A stretch of 64,000 nt of DNA from Candidatus Binatia bacterium (GCA_963666515.2 OY762897.2:3424001-3488000); one strand, 5' to 3'; positions 10,175 to 20,515 are shown, counted from the first letter of the stretch. Notes: generated by a model not told the origin, from the letters alone. Program-made: numbers and translations.

Positions 10175-12541
10175 TTGAATCGTCCAGGCAGAACGAAGCG
10201 AGACGACAAGACGCCGCGCGACGAAACCTCCCGGCTCAGCGCGGCGATCCTGCGCATCAGCGCGAGCCTCGACCTCGAGACCGTCCTTCGCGAGACGGTG
10301 GAGAGCGCCCGCGCCCTGACCGACGCCCACTACAGCGTGATCACGACCATCGACAAGTCGGGGCAGGTCCTGGACTTCGTCTCCTCCGGGTTCACTCCGG
10401 AGGAGCACCGACAGATGGCAGGCTGGCCCGACGGACCGCGGCTCTTCGAACACTTCCGGGACGTTGCCGGACCGATGAGGCTGCCGGACCTGCACGCTTA
10501 CTTCCGCTCGCTCGGCTATTCCGCGGAGGTGATACCTTCGCAGACCCTCCACACCTTTCAGGGAATGTCGCTGCGCTATCGGGGCGAGCACGTCGGCAAC
10601 TTCTTTCTCGCCAGAAAGGAAGGCGGACGGGAGTTCACGAGCGAAGACGAAGAGATCATGGTGTTGTTCGCGTCGCAGGTGGCGACGGCGATCGTCAACG
10701 CCCGCAAGCACCGCGACGAGCAGCGGGCGCGGGCGGAACTGGAGGCCCTGGTCGACACGTCGCCGGTGGGCGTGGCGGTCTTCGATGCCAAGACCGGCAA
10801 ACCTGTATCTCTCAATCGCGAGGCAAGGCGGATCGTCGAAGGACTGCGCATACCGGGCCACTCTCCAGAGCAGTTGGCGGAGGTGGTCACTTACCGGCGC
10901 GCCGATGGACAGGAGGTATCCCTCGACAAGCTGCCGCTCGCGCAAGAACTCGGGCGCGGCGAGACCGTGCGCGCCGAGGAGGTCGTGCTGTCGGTCCCGG
11001 ACAGCCGCAGCGTCAAGACGTTGATCAACGCCGCACCGATCCGTTCCGAGGACGGCGAGGTCGAGTCGGTGGTGGTCACCCTGCAGGACCTGACGCCGCT
11101 GGAGGAGCTGGAGCGGTTGCGGACGGAGTTCCTGGGCCTGGTGAGCCACGAGTTGCGCGCCCCGCTGACCTCCATCAAGGGCTCGACCGTGACGGTCCTG
11201 GGCGCATCGCCGGCGTTGCCCTCGGCCGAGATGCTCCAGTTCTTCCGCATCATCGACGAGCAGGCCGACCACATGCGCGTCCTGATCAGCGACCTGCTGG
11301 ACGCGGGACGCATCGACACGGGCACGCTGTCGATCGTCCCCGAGCCCACGGAAGTGGCCGTCCTGGTGGACCAGGCGAGGAAGACGCTGCAGAGCGGCGG
11401 CAACCGGCACACCGTTCTCATCGATCTTCCGCAGGACCTGCCCCGGGTGATGGCCGACCGGCAACGCATCGTCCAGGTCTTGAACAACCTCCTGGCCAAC
11501 GCATCCCGGCATTCTCCCGAGTCGGCGCCCATCCGGGTCGCCGCGGTGCACGACGGCGTGCACGTGGCGGTCTCGGTCACCGATGAAGGCAAGGGGATCC
11601 CCGCGGAGATGCTGCCGCGCCTTTTTCAGAAGTACACCGGCCTCGCCGGCGACGGGGAGCGCGGGCTCGGCGCGTCCGGCCTTGGACTGGCCATCTGCAA
11701 GGGACTGGTGGAGGCCCATGGCGGCCGCATCTGGGCCACCAGCGGCGGGACGGGCCAGGGCACGCAGTTCACTTTCACGATCCCGGTGACCGAGGAGGCC
11801 GGCGACGCACCCGCGGCCGGCTCCGTCCAAGACCGTTCGGACCTGCCTCGCGAAGGACGCGAGCCGACGCCCATCCTTGTGGTGGACGACGACCCGCAGA
11901 CGCTGCGCCACGTCCGCGACGCGCTCGCCACCGCGGGCTACCATCCCCTCGTGACCGGCGACCACCGGGAGATTTCCCGCATCATCAAGACCGAGAAGCC
12001 CAGGCTGGTCCTGCTCGACCTGCTGGTCCCCGGGACCGACGGAATCGAGTTGATGCAAAGCATCCCCGAGCTGGCCGACATCCCGGTCATCTTCATCTCC
12101 GGCTACGCAAGGGATGAGACGATCGCAAGGGCGTTCGAGATCGGCGCCGCAGACTACATCGTCAAGCCCTTCTCGCCGACGGAACTGACGGCGAGGATCC
12201 GGGCGGCCCTGCGCAAGGAGGCCGGACCGGAATCCTTCGTGCTGCGGGATCTCGCCATCCACTACGACGACCGCCGGGTGACCATGGCCGGGCGGCCCGT
12301 GCGGCTGACGGTCACCGAGTACGAACTGCTGCGCGTGCTCTCGGTCAACGCCGGAAGGGTGACGACGTACGGTGCGCTGATCCGCCAGGTGTGGCGCGGT
12401 CAGGACTCGGGCGACTCGAAGCTCGTGCGCACCTTCGTGAAGAAGCTCCGCCGCAAGCTCGGCGACGACGCGTCCCGCCCGGCCTACATCCTCACCGAGC
12501 GCGGGCTCGGCTACCGCATGGCGAGACCGGGCGGCCCGTAG
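10175..12541 (+). CDS. Hybrid GAF-PAS histidine kinase fused to receiver and OmpR-type winged-helix domain
   Basis: SHELRAPL H-box, NNLLANA, DEGKGI, GLGL; receiver ILVVDDD/LLDLLVP/KPFS; C-terminal LRRKLGDD..ILTERGLGYR; TTG start. Confidence 0.92.
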   Translation: MNRPGRTKRDDKTPRDETSRLSAAILRISASLDLETVLRETVESARALTDAHYSVITTIDKSGQVLDFVSSGFTPEEHRQMAGWPDGPRLFEHFRDVAGPMRLPDLHAYFRSLGYSAEVIPSQTLHTFQGMSLRYRGEHVGNFFLARKEGGREFTSEDEEIMVLFASQVATAIVNARKHRDEQRARAELEALVDTSPVGVAVFDAKTGKPVSLNREARRIVEGLRIPGHSPEQLAEVVTYRRADGQEVSLDKLPLAQELGRGETVRAEEVVLSVPDSRSVKTLINAAPIRSEDGEVESVVVTLQDLTPLEELERLRTEFLGLVSHELRAPLTSIKGSTVTVLGASPALPSAEMLQFFRIIDEQADHMRVLISDLLDAGRIDTGTLSIVPEPTEVAVLVDQARKTLQSGGNRHTVLIDLPQDLPRVMADRQRIVQVLNNLLANASRHSPESAPIRVAAVHDGVHVAVSVTDEGKGIPAEMLPRLFQKYTGLAGDGERGLGASGLGLAICKGLVEAHGGRIWATSGGTGQGTQFTFTIPVTEEAGDAPAAGSVQDRSDLPREGREPTPILVVDDDPQTLRHVRDALATAGYHPLVTGDHREISRIIKTEKPRLVLLDLLVPGTDGIELMQSIPELADIPVIFISGYARDETIARAFEIGAADYIVKPFSPTELTARIRAALRKEAGPESFVLRDLAIHYDDRRVTMAGRPVRLTVTEYELLRVLSVNAGRVTTYGALIRQVWRGQDSGDSKLVRTFVKKLRRKLGDDASRPAYILTERGLGYRMARPGGP

Positions 12542-12544
12542 GAA

Positions 12545-12569
12545 CCCCTGCTTCGGGTCGAAGCCGGGG
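12545..12569. terminator. GC-rich hairpin between convergent genes
   Basis: CCCCTGCTTCG-GGT-CGAAGCCGGGG stem with one mismatch; no U-tract. Confidence 0.35.
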
Positions 12570-12585
12570 CTGCACGGCGCCGAGG

Positions 12586-14670
12586 TTACGGCCCACCAGC
12601 CCGGGTCAGAACGAAGCTCCCCGCCTCGTCCACACGCACCGCAAACGCCGCCGGCGCCAACAGGGTGGTCTGCGGCAGCTCGACGATAGCCGGCCCGCGC
12701 AGGCGGCAGCCGCTGTCCATCGAGTCCCCGCGGTACACCGCGAACTCCCGGAAGGACGACTCCCCCGGGGCGTAGGCCCGCCGCGCCCCGTCCGGTTCCG
12801 GCGCCGCGGTTCCGGCCGTCCGGGTCCGCGGAAGCTCAGGCCGGGGCCTGCGGGCGACGCATCGCACCCGCAGGTTGACCAGCTCCAGCATTTCTTCGGG
12901 AAGGCCGTAGCCGAACAGCCGCTCGTGGAGGGCGTCGAAGCGCGCGTGCAGCTCGTCGAGCCGCAACCTCTGCGCCAGGACGGCGTCCAGGGGAAGGTTC
13001 AACTCGTGGATCTGGCGCAGGTAGCGGAGGTCCGCGGAGTAGCGCACCTCCACATGGTCCGGACGGGCGCCCTCGGACACCAGCGTCCGCCGGCCCTCCT
13101 CGGCCATCCCGGCAAAGAGCGCCCGCCAGCGCTCCGGCTCCACTTGCTCGCCGGAGGCGCAGTAGCTGCGCACCAGGTCGTGCTTGAGGTCCGCGAAGAG
13201 CATGCCGACGGCGCAGAAGACCCCGGACTGCCGCGGCACGATCACTTCTCGTATCCCCAACTCCTGGGCCACCGCGGCCGCGTGCACCGGCCCCGCGCCG
13301 CCGCCCACCACCAGCGGCATGGCCTCGGGGTCGAGACCGTGGTCCACGATCATGTCGCGGATGCCGGCGGCCATGCCGGCGTTGACGACCTCGAAGGCGG
13401 CCGCCGCGGCCTCCTCAACGGAAATGCCCAGGGGCTCGGCCAGGTGCTCCCGGACCGCCCGCTCCGCCGGCTCCCGCAGGAGCCGCATGCGGCCGCCGAG
13501 AAAGTAGGCGGGGTCCAGGTAGCCCAACAGCAGGTCCACGTCGGTGCAGGTGGGCAGCGTGCCGCCCTTGCCGTAGCATGCCGGGCCGGGCGCGGCTCCC
13601 GCGCTCTGGGGGCCCACCTGAAGGCCTCCTCCGGCGTCGACCCGGGCGATGCTGCCGCCGCCGGCGCCGATGGTGCGGATGTCGATCATCGGCAGCGCCG
13701 TGGCGTAACGCCCGACGCGCCCTTCGGCAACCTCCCGGGGCTCGCCGCCCGATGCCAGGGAGATGTCGAGGCTGGTGCCGCCCATGTCGATGACCGCGCA
13801 GTGGGAAGCCCCGGCGCTGCCGGCGTAGAGCCGCGCGGCCACGGGCGCGGCGGCCGGACCGGACAGGAGCGCCGCAGCGGCCCGCGAGATGATCTCCGCC
13901 GGCGCCATCAGCCCGGCCGCCGAGTTCATGATCAGCAGTTGCCCGGCGAAACCCGCGCCGGCGAGGCGGTCCGCCAGCGACAGCAGGTACGACTTCAGCA
14001 GCGGCCCGATGTAGCTGTTCAGCACCGCGGTGCTGACGCGGTTGTAGTAGCCCAACTGCGGCAGCAGCTCCGAGGAGACGGTGAGGTACGCGTCCGGCAA
14101 CGCCTCCCGCAGCCGGGCCGCCACCGCCCGCTCGTGCTCCTGGTTGGCGTAGGCGTGCATGAGACACACGGCCACCGACTCGACCGCGTGCGCCTTCAGG
14201 GTCTCGACCGCCGCCTCCAGCGTCCCGGCATCCAGCGCCGTGAGGACGCTGCCGTCCCAGTCCACCCGCTCGCCCACGGGCAGCCTCAGGTAGCGCGGCA
14301 CCAGCGGCGGCGGCGCCTCGTACTTGTTGTCGAGGGGCTCCTCCTTGACGCCCCGGCGCATCTCCAGCGCGTCCCTCGTGCCCCTGGTGGTGACCAGCCC
14401 GGTCCGGCAACCCGTGCCCGTGAGCACCGCGTTGGTGGCCACGGTGGTGCCGTGGACCACGAAGTCCACGCGCCGCAGGAAAGTCCCCGGATCGGTCCCG
14501 CGTTGCTCCGCGAGGTCCGCTACGCCGCGCATGATGGAACCGGCCAGATCGACGGGATCGGCCGGGACCTTGTGGACCGCCATCGCGCCGGCCGCGTCGC
14601 AGAGGGCGAAATCGACGAAGGTGCCGCCGACGTCCACGCCCACCATGTAGCGACCTCGGCTATCAATCAT
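12586..14670 (-). CDS. Hydantoinase A/oxoprolinase family protein
   Basis: GVDVGGTFVD, HGTTVATNA, DMGGTSLD, GAGGGSIA and PGPACYG motifs. Confidence 0.95.
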   Translation of the reverse strand: MIDSRGRYMVGVDVGGTFVDFALCDAAGAMAVHKVPADPVDLAGSIMRGVADLAEQRGTDPGTFLRRVDFVVHGTTVATNAVLTGTGCRTGLVTTRGTRDALEMRRGVKEEPLDNKYEAPPPLVPRYLRLPVGERVDWDGSVLTALDAGTLEAAVETLKAHAVESVAVCLMHAYANQEHERAVAARLREALPDAYLTVSSELLPQLGYYNRVSTAVLNSYIGPLLKSYLLSLADRLAGAGFAGQLLIMNSAAGLMAPAEIISRAAAALLSGPAAAPVAARLYAGSAGASHCAVIDMGGTSLDISLASGGEPREVAEGRVGRYATALPMIDIRTIGAGGGSIARVDAGGGLQVGPQSAGAAPGPACYGKGGTLPTCTDVDLLLGYLDPAYFLGGRMRLLREPAERAVREHLAEPLGISVEEAAAAAFEVVNAGMAAGIRDMIVDHGLDPEAMPLVVGGGAGPVHAAAVAQELGIREVIVPRQSGVFCAVGMLFADLKHDLVRSYCASGEQVEPERWRALFAGMAEEGRRTLVSEGARPDHVEVRYSADLRYLRQIHELNLPLDAVLAQRLRLDELHARFDALHERLFGYGLPEEMLELVNLRVRCVARRPRPELPRTRTAGTAAPEPDGARRAYAPGESSFREFAVYRGDSMDSGCRLRGPAIVELPQTTLLAPAAFAVRVDEAGSFVLTRAGGP

Positions 14671-15374
14671 AACCCTGAGATATCATTGCTGTTTTTACGG
14701 CGGCAAGACTGTGTATCGCTGAGCAGCTCAATCTTTATCGTAAGCATACTGTAAGCAGATTCATTCCAGTTGGTGCGCGTCCACACGCGTCGCTGTCCTC
14801 GTTGTCGCGCTGTCCGCTGTCGAACTCGGTCCGTAAATCTTCAAACACCAATCCGCCGGTCTGGCACTTTATACCAGTTTCTCTTCCGTGCCGAAGACTG
14901 CTCCCGGCTAAGACGGAGCCGCCTTGTGCTTCGACAATGACCCTAGCGCCGGATTCCGCTTCGCCGGCCGACTTGATGGAGTCGCTGCTCAAAGTAGTCA
15001 CGAAACACTTGGTTCTCGGGATTCTCGGGATAGACTACCGGATCGGCCCATATCGCTCCCAAGCGTCCCACCAGTCCTGCGATCCAGTCTGAAGTGTCTG
15101 ATAGCAGTGGCTTTCTATATGCAACAGCGGTTCGATCAGATGCCGACGCCGGTGTTTCTGAACAAGGCTCCCCCCCAGCTCGACCTCCTTCAGCCGGTCG
15201 CCTATTGGGTACGAGTGTCGCACACGGTAGCCAATAGGAGGGCGTGTGCAGCTTAGTAGATCGTCGCCGGGAGGTGGGGCGTGTGTTGGATATTTGGGCG
15301 GACGGGGAGGGTCGTCATCTAGTCGGGTGTCTCCGCGTTGCGCAGCTGGACTGCGGAAAGGAGTGCAGGTTTGA

Positions 15375-16775
15375 TCAAGTCGCTGGGTCGACCACCGTGG
15401 AGACGTGAGCGATTCGGTGATTCTTGATCTGGTACTCGATCACATACGGCGAAACACCGAACTCCGCCGCCAACTCGCTAATGTCGTCGGTGTCGACGAT
15501 GGTACCCAGGATTCTGTCCCGTAGCCCAGACGCGGGCGCGAGAAACTCGGCTGCAAAAGCACGGTTGCGCTGTTGTCGCTCCGAGTAGGCTTTTGTGAGC
15601 AGCGTATTGGAGTCCGGTGACAGCAAAACTTCTCCAAGGGCGCGGCAAAAGTTGAACCGTTGGCTGTCGCCACGGAGCGCTCGCAGAGCAAAGGCCGGGC
15701 TCCCATCGTCGCTACGGGTAATGATGCCGTCCACCAGCGCCGGCCAGCCGCGGGCGGCCGCGGGCGGTCTGGTTGCTTTCCTGATCGAACCGGCGTCTTC
15801 GCCAACAGCTTCCGCCAATCGCTGCATGGTGGGTAGCGGTTGGCCGTCCAGCTTTAGGTGTTGGCGTAGCCGCTGTGCGCAGTTGTACCCGACATGCCAA
15901 GGGTACCCGACATCCCGGGGCTGTCTGTGACCGAGAAACACAAGGTGTTCGTGATGAATGTCCTGGAAATCCGGCTCTGCGGTTGTCTCTAGATTCTCTT
16001 CATGGCGGTAGGATCGAATGCGGTGTAGAGGAAGACTCCGAGATCTCCTCGTTTTGTATAGTGTGTCTACAATGGCGAGCCATTCTTCGTGTACTCCTTC
16101 TGTGTTGACGACGGGAACCGCTTCGCCGAGCAACTCGCCCAGCCTGTCTGCGAAGAGAACGACCCAGTCACGTTGGCCGTCGTCCAGAGCATACGGGTCC
16201 CAGCCTACCCCGGCTGCTGTTTCGCAGAACCGTATCTCGTCGTCGTCGGCGGTCTGGATTGCCTCCCACTCTTTCTGGAGGAACGTGTCGTCGACCCCCA
16301 GAAACGCAAGCCTTCGGATTACCTTGTCGATGAGACCGGAGCAGCACTCGCGAAACTCGTCGCTGTCCATCCACATCTCGCCATGGTCTAAGAACTCTAC
16401 CTTCGTCCAAGGACGCTGGTCGCGTTTCCAGGTGAGGTGGGTCCAAGAGCCAGAAGAAACGGCCTCCAAGCTTGGAAACGCATAGCCTTCCCGGTTGGCG
16501 CTAAGCGAATGGCGATGATGGAACTCGCGGCATCCTTCCTTGGCAGGGCTCCCAAACTCGTGCGCCAGAAACCACCAGTGGGTAGCCAGCCACTCTGCCA
16601 ACGGATACACCGGAACATGGATAAAGTCGCGCACGGTTCTCGCGCGGGTGTCGAGTACTCGGGTTACGACCGAGTCGCCGGCTTTGATTTTCAGGGATGC
16701 CCAGGTCGCGGACAACTCTGGTCCCTTGATCCCTTCCGGGTCTACCCAATCAATTTCAATGCTAAGCTGCGGCAT
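15375..16775 (-). CDS. ImmA/IrrE-like (DUF955-type C-terminal domain) protein lacking HExxH
   Basis: C-terminal QRFNFCRALGE...RNRAFAAEFLAP...LAAEFGVS; ATG 16775 overlaps the stop of the upstream gene. Confidence 0.7.
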   Translation of the reverse strand: MPQLSIEIDWVDPEGIKGPELSATWASLKIKAGDSVVTRVLDTRARTVRDFIHVPVYPLAEWLATHWWFLAHEFGSPAKEGCREFHHRHSLSANREGYAFPSLEAVSSGSWTHLTWKRDQRPWTKVEFLDHGEMWMDSDEFRECCSGLIDKVIRRLAFLGVDDTFLQKEWEAIQTADDDEIRFCETAAGVGWDPYALDDGQRDWVVLFADRLGELLGEAVPVVNTEGVHEEWLAIVDTLYKTRRSRSLPLHRIRSYRHEENLETTAEPDFQDIHHEHLVFLGHRQPRDVGYPWHVGYNCAQRLRQHLKLDGQPLPTMQRLAEAVGEDAGSIRKATRPPAAARGWPALVDGIITRSDDGSPAFALRALRGDSQRFNFCRALGEVLLSPDSNTLLTKAYSERQQRNRAFAAEFLAPASGLRDRILGTIVDTDDISELAAEFGVSPYVIEYQIKNHRIAHVSTVVDPAT

Positions 16776-17164
16776 ACAGCAACTCGATGCCCTTCGGCCA
16801 TTCGTCACTGCCCAAGGGATACCCCTTATACGAACCGGACTCGCGGTTCACTAGCCGGGCTTCAAAGACAGTGTCGCCCGTGCATGTACCACACATAACG
16901 CGGGAATTCTCCCTCCCATGGCGCGCCGACAGCGCCTCGCCGAATTGCCAACCGCAGCCATCTGGAGACCATTTCGCGGTCCGTTATCTCTCGAGGGCAG
17001 CAAGAAGCGTCGGCACGCAAGCGAGGTTGCCCGGCAAAGCTTGGAATGTCCTTGTGTTCGGTACTCCCTTCATACACGACTTGGGTAGCCAAACCGTCCA
17101 GATCGATGTCGGACGGAACTTCAATCGTCCGTTTGCGCGCACGTTTGCGTCGTGGGGCTCGCAC
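16762..17164 (-). pseudogene. Small hypothetical protein interrupted by a 1-base frameshift near 16880
   Basis: ...FPRYVWYMH continues as GDTVFEARLVNRESGSYKGYPL...LYAAA* if one G of CACGGGCGAC is removed; the repaired stop overlaps the next start. Confidence 0.65.
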
Positions 17165-17259
17165 TGTTCATTGTCCTCCAACTCGTGGAAGTATAGCTCC
17201 CTTCCAGGGGCGAGAGCCAGCCATTCGCAGGCCAAATATTCATGAGATGCGCCCGTTAG

Positions 17260-18648
17260 GAGCTACTGTCAAATCTGGTGTATGGCCGAGCTGAATCAGG
17301 CGGCTTTTCTACGGGTCTCCCTTTCATCGACGCCATCGACGAACTTCACCTTGGCGACCAAGTCAGCGAGTTGACCGAACCCCCGGAGCCGGCGCCATCG
17401 CTTTTGAGCGCTCATGGCCAGTTGATGCACCAAGCTCAGGGCGGTGGTGACGCTGAGGCAGTTCCGGGTCTTCACGGTTCGTAGCCGGATGGTGGCGAAG
17501 GTGGACTCGATGGGGTTGGTGGTACGCAGATGCTGCCAGTGAGCTGCGGGGAAGTCATAGAAGGTGAGCAACGTGTCGCGGTCGCGGCTCAGGCAGTCCA
17601 CCGCCTTGGGGTACTTGGCTTCGTAGGTGCCACAGAAACGGTCCAGGGCCTGTTCGGCGCTTTTGCGAGTATCGGCCATCCAGATGTCGTGGATCATCGA
17701 CTTGGCTTCAGGCTGGACGCGCTTGGGCAGCTTGTCCAGGACATTGGCGGTCTTGTGCACCCAGCAGCGCTGGGTGCGGGTTTCGGGATAGACTTCGGCC
17801 AGGGCCGTCCAGAACCCCAGCGCTCCGTCACCCACCGCCAGCTTCGGCGCCTTCACGCCACGGTCTCTGAGGCTCAACAGAAGGGCTTTCCAACTCTCCA
17901 AGGACTCCCGAAACCCAGCGTCCAGAGCCAGGAAGTGCTTGCGTCCGTGAATGTCGCAGCCCACCACCACCAGGATACAACGCCGCTCCTCCTGCCGGAT
18001 GTTCACGTAGATCCCGTCCGCCCACACATACACGAACTCGTGCCCGTGCCAGTCCCGCTCCTGCCACTCCGCGTACTGCTCCTCCCACACCCGCTTCATC
18101 CGCGTGATCGCTGCCGGCGACAGCCCCTTCACCTCGCCCCCGAACAACGCCTCCAGCGCTTCCCCAAAGTCGTTCGTCGACACCCCCTTCAGATACAGCC
18201 ACGGCACCACCGCCTCCACCCGCCGAGCCTTCCTCAAGTACGGCGGCAACAACTCCGAGCGAAAACACCGCCCCTTGCCCGCTCGATCCCGCGTCTTCGG
18301 CACCTGCACCTTCACAGGCCCCAACCCCGTCAACACCTCCCGTTCCCGCTGATACCCGTTCCGTACCACCGCTCGCCTCCCCCTCCCATCACGCTCCCCC
18401 TCATGCCCTCCCAGAAAGCTCTCCAACTCCGCCTCCACCGCCGCCCGGATCATCGCTTGTGCTCCCTCTCGCAGCATCTCGCTCAACTCATCCCGAAATT
18501 CCGCTGGACTCCCGGCCCCTTCTCTCCTATCCTTCTCCATGGTGGCGCTTCTCCTTTCCCGCTGAAACGTTGCTCTTCCAAGCCCCATTTCAGCAGAGTC
18601 GCGCCGCCTCCTTCAACTCCCCCCGTACACCACTTTTGAATGTAGCTC
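17260..18648 (-). mobile_element. IS256-family insertion sequence, complete
   Basis: 26-bp imperfect terminal IRs GAGCTACTGTCAAATCTGGTGTATGG / CCGTACACCACTTTTGAATGTAGCTC; 9-bp TSD GCCCGTTAG at 17251-17259 and 18649-18657. Confidence 0.95.
17296..18540 (-). CDS. IS256 family (mutator-type) transposase
   Basis: RNGY, WADGIY, GDGALGFW, QRCWVHK and RTTNPIES motifs. Confidence 0.96.
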   Translation of the reverse strand: MEKDRREGAGSPAEFRDELSEMLREGAQAMIRAAVEAELESFLGGHEGERDGRGRRAVVRNGYQREREVLTGLGPVKVQVPKTRDRAGKGRCFRSELLPPYLRKARRVEAVVPWLYLKGVSTNDFGEALEALFGGEVKGLSPAAITRMKRVWEEQYAEWQERDWHGHEFVYVWADGIYVNIRQEERRCILVVVGCDIHGRKHFLALDAGFRESLESWKALLLSLRDRGVKAPKLAVGDGALGFWTALAEVYPETRTQRCWVHKTANVLDKLPKRVQPEAKSMIHDIWMADTRKSAEQALDRFCGTYEAKYPKAVDCLSRDRDTLLTFYDFPAAHWQHLRTTNPIESTFATIRLRTVKTRNCLSVTTALSLVHQLAMSAQKRWRRLRGFGQLADLVAKVKFVDGVDERETRRKAA

Positions 18649-18894
18649 GCCCGTTAGCTCGTCCTGTAACTCGCGGGCCGCGCGGATCAGCGCATCCAGC
18701 TCCTCGCTACGGCTCGTGTCGAGCATTTTCGTCGCGCATCCTGCTGGCCAGCATGTACGTCACCCGGAAGGTCCGCTCGATCAGCGGGGCGAGCCGGGCG
18801 GCCGGATCGCCAGCGCCGTCCTTGATGGCGGCAAGCGGCTGCAAACCGGACGAACTCGGGCGGCGCCAGCCCGCGATCCTCGGCAAAGGCCTTG

Positions 18895-19165
18895 ATGCGC
18901 TTCCCGATCACAGACAGGCTCTCGCCAAGCGCCAGCGCGCGCGAGGCGAAACTGTGCCGGCAGTCGTGAGGCCGGACATCCCCCAGTTTCGCCCGCTCGC
19001 GCACGGTGCCGGCCTTCTTCCCTGCGATCACCCAGAGATTGTCCCTTTCCGGGGAATCCCGTCGAGTACCGCCTCCACTGCCGAGGTCAGCGGAACGCTC
19101 CGAGGTCCCGTCTTCGTGTCGCTTAGCCTCAACTCGCGCACCGCACGGTCCACGTCTCCCCACCG
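18895..19165 (-). pseudogene. Tyrosine recombinase/integrase C-terminal remnant
   Basis: WGDVDR..LRLSDTKTGPRSVPL in one frame and VRPHDCRHSFASRALALGESLSVIGK in another; truncated before the catalytic Tyr; limits approximate. Confidence 0.75.
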
Positions 19166-19230
19166 GCCGGCCTGTGTCTCGGCCGACTCGGGTGGAACAG
19201 GGGTCGGCCACCGCACACTCTGTTTGCTGT

Positions 19231-19307
19231 TGGTATTCCCGACCGGACTCGAACCGGCAACCACCCTGTCCGACCAAGGTGCGCTCCCCGTTTGCGCACC
19301 GCTTCCG
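19231..19307 (-). tRNA. Degenerate tRNA-like element (pseudo-tRNA)
   Basis: D-stem GCGC/GCGC, stem CCTTG/CAGGG with a 6-nt loop, T-arm GCCGG-TTCGAGT-CCGGT and 3' ACCA; the acceptor stem does not pair. Confidence 0.5.
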
Positions 19308-19495
19308 TCGCCGTGTCTTGGCTCCGAAATCAACTGGACACGTCCGAGGCCCATATCCGTGAGTGCTGAATCGAGCACAGGCGGACTTGACCACGCCTTG
19401 ACCACGGCGCTGCACACCTCTGATGCTGGCGAAGCGGCGGGCAAGGGACGGGAAATTTCGGCTGCGAACCGGTCGATGCGAACCGTTCGTGGTGC

Positions 19496-19870
19496 TCATA
19501 CCGCCACCTCGGCAGACCCGGTCGCGGAAGGGAAGTGGGCGTCTTCGATGATCGCGTTCAACTTCTCTCGCGCGGCCTTGGCCCAGCCCTGCCACTTCGG
19601 CAGACCGACGGGCTGGTGATGAACGTACACCTGGGCCGGCGTGACCGGGTCGCCGCCCTCGGGCCGCACCAGTGCCCAGTGCGGGCGAACCTCGTTGTAG
19701 CGTCGGCGGAACACTTCGAGCGATTCCCTCGCCTCGCAGGCTGCCCACCGCGCCCGTTCATCGCCTGCTTGCCCGCCCCAATGAACTCATCGCGCCAGCG
19801 GTACAGCGTCTGCTCCGAGACACTTGCCCGCCGTGCCATCTGCGCAGGCGTTCGACCGGCTGCCGGACTC
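19496..19870 (-). pseudogene. Internally deleted IS3/IS481-like transposase remnant
   Basis: HTH segment ARRASVSEQTLYRWRDEF lies directly next to the integrase-core tail FRRRYNEVRPHWAL..TPAQVY; limits approximate. Confidence 0.7.
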
Positions 19871-20137
19871 CGGGGAAGGTGATTGCGGTGATGAAGGCAA
19901 CACACCCCAAGGTGCGCCTCCCGGCAGCGACGGTCGGGACGGGAACGGCCAAGGTGAGGAAGCGCCTTTCCGTCGCGCCACGCACTCCAGGTCAGCCCGT
20001 CCGAGCAGCCCATACATGCCCCTACCTGCAACGTGTCCGCCGGTAGTCGCCCCTCGCGTGCTTGTTGACATGAGCGCGCCGGCGCAGCTACCGTTGAACT
20101 TGAATTCAACACCGACTCTGACGAGGGAGCGTGTACA

Positions 20138-20515
20138 TTGATCACTGATGTGGAGCTATGTCGAGATATTCTTTTTCGATATGCAGACGAGAAATGCTAT
20201 CCATCTCAAATACAGTTGGAGGACTTGTACTCCATATTTTCCGAGAGAAGCAAGGATGAAATTCTCTTCAACGTACTGGCCTTAAAGGACGCGGGGCTAT
20301 TGCATGCAAGAATAGAACTCATGGTCGGCGCCGATCTCCATGCGGGAGTCAAAGACATGGGTATCATCGGCCTCACTCCCCATCTTGGATCGGAATTTGT
20401 CCACCATGCCAGGAGTGACAAGTTGTGGAAGATGGCCGTAAAGAAATTCGGGGATGCCGGGATGAGTGCCGCCTTGTCGCGTATGTTTGATGTCCTTACA
20501 CAACTCTCTCTGTGA
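20138..20515 (+). CDS. DUF2513-like winged-helix protein
   Basis: DVELCRDIL...LKDAGLL...GLT..GSEFV...LW pattern; GGGAG before TTG start. Confidence 0.65.
   Translation: MITDVELCRDILFRYADEKCYPSQIQLEDLYSIFSERSKDEILFNVLALKDAGLLHARIELMVGADLHAGVKDMGIIGLTPHLGSEFVHHARSDKLWKMAVKKFGDAGMSAALSRMFDVLTQLSL

Noticed and set aside
14735-15223. Two same-frame minus-strand ORFs separated by a TAG at 15035
   Set aside because: Possibly a decayed gene, but no family is recognisable and there is no support for readthrough; needs BLASTX.
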